DNA from: Bacteroidota bacterium
GTDB taxonomy: Bacteria; Bacteroidota; Bacteroidia; UBA7662
Reading direction: 5' to 3'
DNA: 64,000 nt
NCBI GenBank assembly: GCA_005799065.1
Contig: SYHW01000060.1
Location: 8,654-72,653, forward strand
The position numbers and the translations under genes are program-made. Of the stretch, positions 57,075 to 64,000 are shown in pieces (the first letter of the stretch is position 1; the number at the start of each line of letters is the position of its first letter). A model generated the notes under the pieces. The model made no database searches. It was not told the DNA's origin and worked only from the letters and a program-made list of their open reading frames with translations.

Positions 57075-58009
57075 CAGAATGGGTTGCGGATGATGTAACG
57101 GGCCAATGCAGGCAACGAACGGTTGGTCATCAGGCGCCAGGGCTCTGAGTCAACCAGTGATGGATCATCAAAAATCCAATCTGAAACGATACAATCTCCA
57201 AATGAATCCGCTATTTTGTCACGGAGCAGATGCACTTCAGCTTGGTCGAAACCCGCTAGGTAGGCCGATTTTGATTGACCTTGGTCGAAAAGTAACGCAT
57301 AATAGAGGACATCCTCAGGGTTTTCTGCGGTAAATGTATTGAATCCTGACAAATTGCCATGGTTTCTTTGCGCTACTAAAATGCGGTGATCGAGCCTTGC
57401 TATCATTAATTCGGGCTGATGGGATGGCTTAATGGCATCGGATTCTGGGGCATTCAAAAACCGAGACAAAAGGGCCGCCTCCAATGCAATGATCGTATGG
57501 GCTTGGAAAAGGGTACCAACTGCACTGATGAGCGCAGCATTAAATCGTGTCGCAACGACCACTTCCGATTCGTGAATGTGAAATAAGAGGGGCTCAGATG
57601 ACTGCTCTGAAACACCAAACAGCAGGTTTAGTGAATCCTTGGGTAGTTGGTCGCGGCATACCGACAAGGGTATGGCACAACAAGCTTCCGCCGCAATCAT
57701 TAAAATAGGGGAAGCATCCTGGGCTAAAGGCTTCCGAAAAATCAATGATGGAACATGGTCGCCGATGGTGTTGGATAACCACTTAAACTGCTCAGCCATA
57801 CTGCGCTGATCCCAATGTGTAGGAAAACACCCTTGCAAACAGAGCTTGATTGTGTTGCTTACATCATTGCAACCCAAAAGTGACCATTCTCCCGTGCCCA
57901 AGGTCAAAATCCAGCGGGTGATTTGACCGGTAGAAATCAGATTATCTACAGGGTCGGCCGACCAAAGCCGAGTATTGGGTTCATTCCCAATTTCCAGAAA
58001 GGCTGGCAT
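57074..58009 (-). CDS. hypothetical protein (probably DUF3822 family, which precedes rsmD-coaD in Bacteroidota)
   Basis: Synteny with rsmD-coaD and a 1-nt stop/start overlap. The DUF assignment is from memory. Confidence 0.5.
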   Translation of the reverse strand: MPAFLEIGNEPNTRLWSADPVDNLISTGQITRWILTLGTGEWSLLGCNDVSNTIKLCLQGCFPTHWDQRSMAEQFKWLSNTIGDHVPSLIFRKPLAQDASPILMIAAEACCAIPLSVCRDQLPKDSLNLLFGVSEQSSEPLLFHIHESEVVVATRFNAALISAVGTLFQAHTIIALEAALLSRFLNAPESDAIKPSHQPELMIARLDHRILVAQRNHGNLSGFNTFTAENPEDVLYYALLFDQGQSKSAYLAGFDQAEVHLLRDKIADSFGDCIVSDWIFDDPSLVDSEPWRLMTNRSLPALARYIIRNPF

Positions 58010-58517
58010 CGGTCATCGAACCCACCCTCAACACCTTACGCGTGTCGAACGGCACTGTATCTTCAACTTCAAAAACGCTAATCTCTACGGCTCCTTTTTT
58101 GATTTTACCTGCTCTTAATTGAAACATTTTGCCATCGGTAAAGGGAATGAATGGGAGTGAATCAATCGATTTATTCCGGAAGATTGAATCTTTAATACTC
58201 ACATACATTGTTTCATATTTTATCCCTTTAAGCACATCCAGCGAATCATCGGGGTTTCCAATCACTTTTGTTACTTTAAACTTGCCGTCGCGGGCGACGA
58301 TCATTAATGAATCCCAATTGTCTGCAAATTGACCTTTCACCTCTCTATATGCCACCTGTGCATCGCGAATGAGCTTCAAACGATTTATGACTTGAGCATA
58401 ACGCCTGTCGCGTTCTTTCTCGAATCTAATGGGCTCAGCGATCGACTCTACCAACAGGTATGAGAGCACCACAACGACCAAAAACAGGACTATTTGGATG
58501 ATGGAATTACGTTTCAT
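57981..58517 (-). CDS. hypothetical N-terminally membrane-anchored protein (178 aa)
   Basis: Single N-terminal TM IIQIVLFLVVVVLSYLLV; Lys-rich soluble domain. Confidence 0.45.
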   Translation of the reverse strand: MKRNSIIQIVLFLVVVVLSYLLVESIAEPIRFEKERDRRYAQVINRLKLIRDAQVAYREVKGQFADNWDSLMIVARDGKFKVTKVIGNPDDSLDVLKGIKYETMYVSIKDSIFRNKSIDSLPFIPFTDGKMFQLRAGKIKKGAVEISVFEVEDTVPFDTRKVLRVGSMTDASLSGNWE

Positions 58518-58649
58518 ATGTCATTCAATTGACCGGCAATTATAGTGGTTTTCTCGCAAGCGTGCAAGGTCAAAGAGGTAATCATGCCGTTGAGGTAATT
58601 TTGGAGTGAATATGCACGAACAATTCCATTCCGGTTCCTGACCGCTGCC

Positions 58650-59600
58650 TTGTTCAACATGAAAATAAAATTTCAAAAGAAAACAATCTATAAACCCGTG
58701 TGTTTTGTAGGCGTGAATCAGTTTTCAATCAAAGATATGGAGGTTTTGAGTGGTGTGAAAGCACATACCATTCGCATGTGGGAGCAAAGATTCCATATGT
58801 TTGAACCCCGCCGAACCCCCGGAAACATTCGCTACTATAATGATTCCGACCTCAAAAAATTATTAAACCTGTCATTTTTGACGCAACAAGGGTATAAAGT
58901 ATCTGTGTTGGCGCGCATGAGTGAGGAGGAGCTCTCGAGAAGGGTGGTCGATTTAAGTCTGACATGTACAGGCGTTGAAAGTCGGATTCAGTCACTGACC
59001 ATGCATATGCTACAGCTGAATGAGTTGGGATTTACCCAGCTCTTATCCGTTTTCATTAAGGAATCTGGCTTAGAACGGGTCATGCTGGATATCGTATTCC
59101 CTTTTTTTCGTGCCATTGGCTTTATGTGGCAAACAGGAACCATCACTCCAGCACACGAACATTTCATCACCCACCTGATTCGCCAAAAGTTGATTGTATC
59201 GATCGATCAGATGGATTTTGTTCAGCAGGAGGCTGCAAAAAAGTATTTGCTTTTTCTTCCGGAAGGTGAATTCCACGAATTAGGGTTGCTCTTCGCGCAT
59301 TATGTTATTCGCTCCAGGGGGCACGAAACCATTTACTTAGGAGCCAATGTGCCGTATGCTGATCTCAAGACCGTGTATTCGACCTACAAACCACAGTCTA
59401 TATTGTGTATTTTGACTTCAGCCCAGGTCGACTTAACCGCCTCTGAGTATTTGAATCAACTATCTTCGGATTTCCCGAAGGCACAGATTATGGCATCAGG
59501 AAAATTTGCCTTAGATTCAGCTGATGAAATTAGGTCAACACGAATAACATTGATGCGCGACTTCACGGATCTGATTGAACAGTTTGAGACCGTATGCTGA
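58650..59600 (+). CDS. MerR-family transcriptional regulator with C-terminal cobalamin (B12)-binding domain (CarH/LitR-like, predicted light-responsive)
   Basis: MerR HTH FSIKDMEVLSGVKAHTIRMWEQRF; C-terminal Rossmann-like B12-binding domain with an E.H..G motif (LFLPEGEFHELGLL). Start is ATG 58650 or GTG 58713. Confidence 0.65.
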   Translation: MFNMKIKFQKKTIYKPVCFVGVNQFSIKDMEVLSGVKAHTIRMWEQRFHMFEPRRTPGNIRYYNDSDLKKLLNLSFLTQQGYKVSVLARMSEEELSRRVVDLSLTCTGVESRIQSLTMHMLQLNELGFTQLLSVFIKESGLERVMLDIVFPFFRAIGFMWQTGTITPAHEHFITHLIRQKLIVSIDQMDFVQQEAAKKYLLFLPEGEFHELGLLFAHYVIRSRGHETIYLGANVPYADLKTVYSTYKPQSILCILTSAQVDLTASEYLNQLSSDFPKAQIMASGKFALDSADEIRSTRITLMRDFTDLIEQFETVC

Positions 59601-60067
59601 CCAATATTTCCGGGTTTTTCATTGGTTTTTTAGGAATTGAGTTGCTTGCCGCGCTTATTCACAGGTATCTTATGCATGGTCCATTGTGGTGGATTCATCA
59701 ATCACACCACAAATCAAAAGGAGGTTGGGAGATGAATGATTGGTTCACCGTGCTGTTCGCTTCTTTGGGTGTAGGCCTGCTTTTTGGCGGATTTTTGGAT
59801 TACATAGCCTTTTTCTGGGGTTATGTAGGGGTCGGCATATCGGTATATGGCGTGGTTTATTTTATTTTGCATGATGTTCTGGTTCATTCGCGTTGGGGGT
59901 CGATTCCCAAGCCTTTGTCTCGATATCTTTTTGCGCTCAGAAAAGCGCATCGCATGCACCACAAGCACACTACTGCCCAACCCGGCGAGAGTTATGGCCT
60001 TCTCATTTTCCATCCTCGGTATTTTTCAGAAACTAAGCGAGATCAGGCCGCTGATCGAAATCAATAG
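59594..60067 (+). CDS. crtZ: beta-carotene 3-hydroxylase (fatty-acid hydroxylase superfamily)
   Basis: Four TM segments and His boxes HRYLMHG, HQSHH, HDVLVH, HRMHH. 157 aa. The start overlaps the regulator stop by 8 nt. Confidence 0.75.
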   Translation: MLTNISGFFIGFLGIELLAALIHRYLMHGPLWWIHQSHHKSKGGWEMNDWFTVLFASLGVGLLFGGFLDYIAFFWGYVGVGISVYGVVYFILHDVLVHSRWGSIPKPLSRYLFALRKAHRMHHKHTTAQPGESYGLLIFHPRYFSETKRDQAADRNQ

Positions 60068-60150
60068 AGATTAGACCACTGATCGAAAATAAGCGCCCTG
60101 ATTTTTAAAGTGCCATGCATCGGTGTATTTTTGCGTGATCCGTTGCCTCA

Positions 60151-61131
60151 ATGCCCATTAATTTCCTCAAAACATTTTCTCTTGGTTTATTGCCGTTGCT
60201 TGGTTTGGTCATGATTTCCATGGGCAATCCAGCACACGCTTATCAAACAGCAGAAACAAGCCACATGTCCGGCCCGATTTTAGGCCAATATTTCAATCAA
60301 CCGAATAGCATCCCCGTAGATTCAACGGCATCGAACTTTCCTCCGACTAATACGGATTCATTGTTTGATGCAAATAGTCCTACCCTTGTTCCGGCGATTG
60401 TTGTACCACCAGAATGGAAGATCATAGTTCAATCCGATCAGACTATTTCAACCCCGGATACCCGGAGGGCAGGTTTGATGCGAAAGGAAACCAGGACATC
60501 CACCACAACTTCATTTCTGCTTTTTATGTTCGGATTGCTGCTCTTGGCGGTTGATCGGCAGCGATTTCTACAGATGTCGGGTGCATTTGTACTTCCTCGG
60601 CTGTTCGAACAATTTCTCAGACAACAAGGCAACAGCCTGGGTTCCGGCTGGTCGATTGCTCGGGTCCTCTACCTCTTCATTTTAATCGCCTCTTGTTGGG
60701 TCATGTACCAGTATCGTATGAACAACACGCTGGAGAAACTCACCTTAGAAGGATTCCAGTTTCTTGGGTTCATTGGTTTGACCGCATTTATTTTTTTGAC
60801 CATCCACATCATATTGGGTATGGCATTTTCACAAATCGAATGGACCATCAGCCACGTTCAAACCACATGGGTCTACTTTCAATGTGCGATCCCCATTTTT
60901 TTAACAGTGGTACTGCTTTTGACGACCTTGCCTATGAAGTATTTGAGCGGCTCCATGCTCTTACTTACGATTCTGCTGATATCGGGATGGGTTTATCGGT
61001 GCATTTTGGGGTGGCTTAGAGCGTTTCATATCAAAGGTGTCGGATTGGGATTTATAATTTTCTATTTTTGCCTCTTCGAATTTTTGCCACTGTTGTTGTT
61101 TCTCAAACTTACCTTTGTTCACTTGATCTGA
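60151..61131 (+). CDS. polytopic membrane protein (DUF4271-like, the usual hemD neighbour in Bacteroidota)
   Basis: Signal plus Pro/Thr-rich linker plus 6 TM helices; directly upstream of hemD. Confidence 0.5.
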   Translation: MPINFLKTFSLGLLPLLGLVMISMGNPAHAYQTAETSHMSGPILGQYFNQPNSIPVDSTASNFPPTNTDSLFDANSPTLVPAIVVPPEWKIIVQSDQTISTPDTRRAGLMRKETRTSTTTSFLLFMFGLLLLAVDRQRFLQMSGAFVLPRLFEQFLRQQGNSLGSGWSIARVLYLFILIASCWVMYQYRMNNTLEKLTLEGFQFLGFIGLTAFIFLTIHIILGMAFSQIEWTISHVQTTWVYFQCAIPIFLTVVLLLTTLPMKYLSGSMLLLTILLISGWVYRCILGWLRAFHIKGVGLGFIIFYFCLFEFLPLLLFLKLTFVHLI

Positions 61132-61132
61132 T

Positions 61133-61912
61133 ATGCCCGAACATCCCGAGCTCTCTTCAGTGCCGGTAGGCAAAATAAAGACCATCCTTTTTTCACAGCC
61201 AAAACCGGATTCTGAAAAGTCACCTTTCTACGATCTTGCAAAGCGGTATAACGTGAAAGTGGATTTTCGCCCATTCATTCAGGTTGCTCCTGTAGAAGGG
61301 AAGGATTTTAGAAAAAATAAATTGAATATTGGCGAGTTCAAATCAGTCGTGTTCAACAGCCGGAATGCGATCGATCACTATTTTCGTTTGTGCGAAGAAA
61401 TGCGCATTGAAGTTTCTCCCGAAACCCGCTATTTCTGTATATCCGAAAATGTAGGGGTTTATATCCAGAAATATGTGACCCTCAGAAAGCGAAAAATTTA
61501 CTTTGGTCAAGGCAAACTCTCTGACTTGTTCCCCGTGATGGCACGTTTTAAATCGGAGCCCTTTATGTTGCCTTGTTCCGATGTGATGGAAGGCGATTGG
61601 ATCCAAGATGCCGCCGTGGTGGGATTAGATTGGCGCCCGGCCATTATGTTTCGAACGGTCTCAAGCGATTTGAGCGACCTATCCGACATCAAATATGACT
61701 TGTTGGTCTTTTTTAGTCCATTAGGTATCAAGTCACTTTTTGAGAATTTCCCGGACTTTGTGCAAGGAAATACAAGAATTGGCGGTTTTGGGGCGAGAAC
61801 ACACGCAGCCATATTAGAGCGTGGACTGCGGCTTGACATAGCTGCTCCCAACCCAGACTTTCCTTCGATGTCCATAGCCATTGAAGATTACATAAAAAAA
61901 GTTTCTCGATAG
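61133..61912 (+). CDS. hemD: uroporphyrinogen-III synthase
   Basis: KTILFSQPKPD...VFNSRNAIDHYF...LVFFSPLGIKSL shows the HemD two-lobe pattern. Confidence 0.7.
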   Translation: MPEHPELSSVPVGKIKTILFSQPKPDSEKSPFYDLAKRYNVKVDFRPFIQVAPVEGKDFRKNKLNIGEFKSVVFNSRNAIDHYFRLCEEMRIEVSPETRYFCISENVGVYIQKYVTLRKRKIYFGQGKLSDLFPVMARFKSEPFMLPCSDVMEGDWIQDAAVVGLDWRPAIMFRTVSSDLSDLSDIKYDLLVFFSPLGIKSLFENFPDFVQGNTRIGGFGARTHAAILERGLRLDIAAPNPDFPSMSIAIEDYIKKVSR

Positions 61913-61966
61913 TTTCACTTTGACGCTAACTTTTCGTTATTTCGACCCTCCAACATTTGTCCTCCT

Positions 61967-62914
61967 TTGCGTATGATGAAGCGATGCATTCAGTTCCTGT
62001 TCGTGATCTTGTTTTTGGGCATGCCTTTTGTGGCTTCCGCCCAACAGGAGCCGAAGTGGAACCATTATATGTTCAACGACTTCTTCTACAATCCGGCGGC
62101 GGCAGGATCGAGGGGGAAAATCAGTACATTTTTAATACATCGATATCAGTGGGTGAATCTACCCGATAACGCCAGTCCCCGTACAACGGTGCTGAGTGTT
62201 CACGCCCCTGCCAAGTTTTTGCATGGCGGAATCGGTTTAATAGTCAATACCGATCAAGACTTTTTTAATGAAACCTCCAATTTTCGGTTTGCCTATGCCT
62301 ACCGTACCAATTGGAAGAATGGTGAATTGGGAATCGGTGCTTATTTCGGCGGCATCCAAAGTGTTTTAGACGGATCTAAATTCAAACCAGAAAACCCCAA
62401 TGATCCTTTGCTGATCAATTCCAAGGCCACGGCATTGGCCATGGACGCTGGTTTCGGACTGCACTACATTTCGGATCGATTGTATGTCAACCTTTCCGGA
62501 AACCGCCTGAACAACCCGAAGATTCGATACAATACGGGGAATGCGGCATTAACCTACCAAAGAAATATTTTTCTTTCCACGGGCTACACCATCCCGTTGG
62601 GCGACATCTGGTCAATTACGCCTTCGACCCTGATCAAAACAAACTTATCTGCCTTTCAAGCAGATGTGAACGTATTAGCTACCTACAAGGGTAAATTTTG
62701 GTCGGGCTTAGGATATTCTTCAGGTGATGCTGTCGTAGCACTCTTTGGTGCCAATTTGGGTAAACATTTACGATTGGGTTATTCCTATGACTACAATTTA
62801 TCCGGTCTATCCCGTTTCAATGATGGTTCTCATGAAATATTTGTGGGTTATGATTTCACAATCAAATTCCCTGAGCGACCTAAAGTCATTATTCGCTCGC
62901 CCCGTTTCATGTAA
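61967..62914 (+). CDS. porP: T9SS membrane protein PorP/SprF family
   Basis: Signal peptide, QQEPKWNHYMFNDFFYNPAAAG N-terminus, and a terminal F. Located immediately upstream of gldK. Confidence 0.7.
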   Translation: MRMMKRCIQFLFVILFLGMPFVASAQQEPKWNHYMFNDFFYNPAAAGSRGKISTFLIHRYQWVNLPDNASPRTTVLSVHAPAKFLHGGIGLIVNTDQDFFNETSNFRFAYAYRTNWKNGELGIGAYFGGIQSVLDGSKFKPENPNDPLLINSKATALAMDAGFGLHYISDRLYVNLSGNRLNNPKIRYNTGNAALTYQRNIFLSTGYTIPLGDIWSITPSTLIKTNLSAFQADVNVLATYKGKFWSGLGYSSGDAVVALFGANLGKHLRLGYSYDYNLSGLSRFNDGSHEIFVGYDFTIKFPERPKVIIRSPRFM

Positions 62915-62992
62915 ATCAATCAATGCATACAATTATTGTCTAATAAGTCTATTTTTGGCCATCGTTTTAAATTTATGTACCCAATCCTAACT

Positions 62993-64000
62993 ATGTTGAA
63001 TTTTTTGAGATCGAAAAAACCTGCTCGCGTTGACCGCTTTCAACTGGATCAGGCTAACCCTCTACGCTCCCAAAAGGCAATTTTCGCTGATCCTACACGT
63101 CAACCTGTTTGGACTGTAGTCGCTTTTATCGCAATCAGTCTGTTGACGGCATGTGGTTCTGGGAATTCCGGTGAATTAACTGGCAGTCTTGAGCGTCCTA
63201 AATGGTCGCAAGCCGTTCCCTACGGAACGGTATTGCTCAAGGGAGGCTCGCTCCAGGTGGGTCAGGCAGAGCAAGATGCTTTTTCGAGTAACTATCAAAC
63301 TCCCAAAACCATATCGCTTAAAGCCTTTTACATGGACGATACAGAGATTTCGAACAATGAGTACCGTCAGTTTGTGCATTGGGTGCGCGACTCCATCGCC
63401 CACACGATTATGGGCAATATGGAAGAGGATGAGAATGGAAACGAATTGATCAATTGGGAAGCACCGCTCGATTGGACAGATCCTGATTTCTTAGAAGAAG
63501 TGTCTGAGATGATTTTCTCTGGGGGCGATATGGTGTTTGGTGGTCATGAATTGGATACGCGCCGACTGAATTATGTCTATCAGACGTTTGATTTCAAAGC
63601 TGCGGCAGTAAATAAGGACCGTACCCGGTCGCGGAAGGATTTTGTGCGCAAATACAACGTCAATATTTACCCCGACACTTTGGTTTGGATTCGGGATTTT
63701 GTTAAGGAAGACGGGGGTTCGTATAATGAACCACAAGCGCTCACCTATTTCTCGCATCCCTCTTTTGATGAATACCCTGTAGTGGGCGTTACTTGGGATC
63801 AAGCCAATGCCTTCTGCAATTGGCGCTCTAAAGTTTTTAATGGTTTTCGCTATAAAAACGGTCTTTATCAGCAGTTAGAATTCCGCCTACCTACGGAGTT
63901 TGAATGGGAATATGCGGCCAAAGGTGGACGAAACATTGCCACATATCCTTGGGGAGGACCCTATACCCGGAATGACCGGGGTTGTGTCTTGGCCAATTTC
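62993..64000 (+). CDS. gldK: gliding motility / T9SS lipoprotein GldK (PorK), N-terminal 336 aa; continues past the window edge
   Basis: Lipobox LLTACGS, FGE-sulfatase-like domain YMDDTEISNNEYRQFVHWVRDS...YPVVGVTWDQANAFCNWRS...LPTEFEWEYAAKGG...YPWGGPYTRNDRGCVLANF, near-identical in pattern to Flavobacterium GldK. Confidence 0.85.
   Translation, partial: MLNFLRSKKPARVDRFQLDQANPLRSQKAIFADPTRQPVWTVVAFIAISLLTACGSGNSGELTGSLERPKWSQAVPYGTVLLKGGSLQVGQAEQDAFSSNYQTPKTISLKAFYMDDTEISNNEYRQFVHWVRDSIAHTIMGNMEEDENGNELINWEAPLDWTDPDFLEEVSEMIFSGGDMVFGGHELDTRRLNYVYQTFDFKAAAVNKDRTRSRKDFVRKYNVNIYPDTLVWIRDFVKEDGGSYNEPQALTYFSHPSFDEYPVVGVTWDQANAFCNWRSKVFNGFRYKNGLYQQLEFRLPTEFEWEYAAKGGRNIATYPWGGPYTRNDRGCVLANF

Overview
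This 64 kb window is a gene-dense chromosomal segment, roughly 54-56% GC by eye. The gene content matches a Bacteroidota / FCB-group bacterium: a complete alternative complex III operon, type IX secretion (T9SS) genes (porP/sprF, gldK) and T9SS-type C-terminal sorting domains. About 60 protein-coding genes are supported, most of them housekeeping. Reading left to right: S41 peptidase (partial), murQ, an MsbA-like ABC exporter, the alternative complex III operon actABCDEF, a T9SS cargo protein, uvrC, a shikimate cluster (DAHP synthase fused to chorismate mutase, then aroB, aroA, aroC), a GltP-like symporter, rpsA, tsaE, ald, xseA, mrp/apbC, pyrF, prolyl oligopeptidase, a TonB-dependent receptor, a 2-oxoacid dehydrogenase E2, a FAD-linked oxidase, a 1213-aa SBBP/PKD surface protein with a T9SS type-B sorting domain, tRNA-Lys(UUU), a 7TMR-DISM histidine kinase with a LuxR-type regulator, pdxH, yqgE, apbE, pcm, a Gfo/Idh/MocA oxidoreductase with a lipoprotein and a WbaP-like sugar transferase, pyrE, NUDIX, coaD, rsmD, a MerR/B12-binding regulator coupled to crtZ, DUF4271 with hemD, porP/sprF and gldK (partial). 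There is no CRISPR array, integrase, transposase or rRNA. The parts the gene list does not explain are: (i) perfect A+C-rich tandem repeats (24 bp x5, 22 bp x5, 16 bp x2.7, 21 bp x2) lying in the 5' leaders of unrelated genes, plus related repeats inside the 5' end of the TonB receptor ORF; (ii) a 24-bp in-frame repeat that gives ribosomal protein S1 a roughly 150-aa acidic Pro/Val/Glu-rich N-terminal extension; (iii) a predicted light- or B12-sensing MerR regulator translationally coupled to a beta-carotene hydroxylase; (iv) several overlapped operons of secreted hypothetical proteins, including the giant T9SS cargo. All function calls rest on motif and family recognition by eye. No database search was run.
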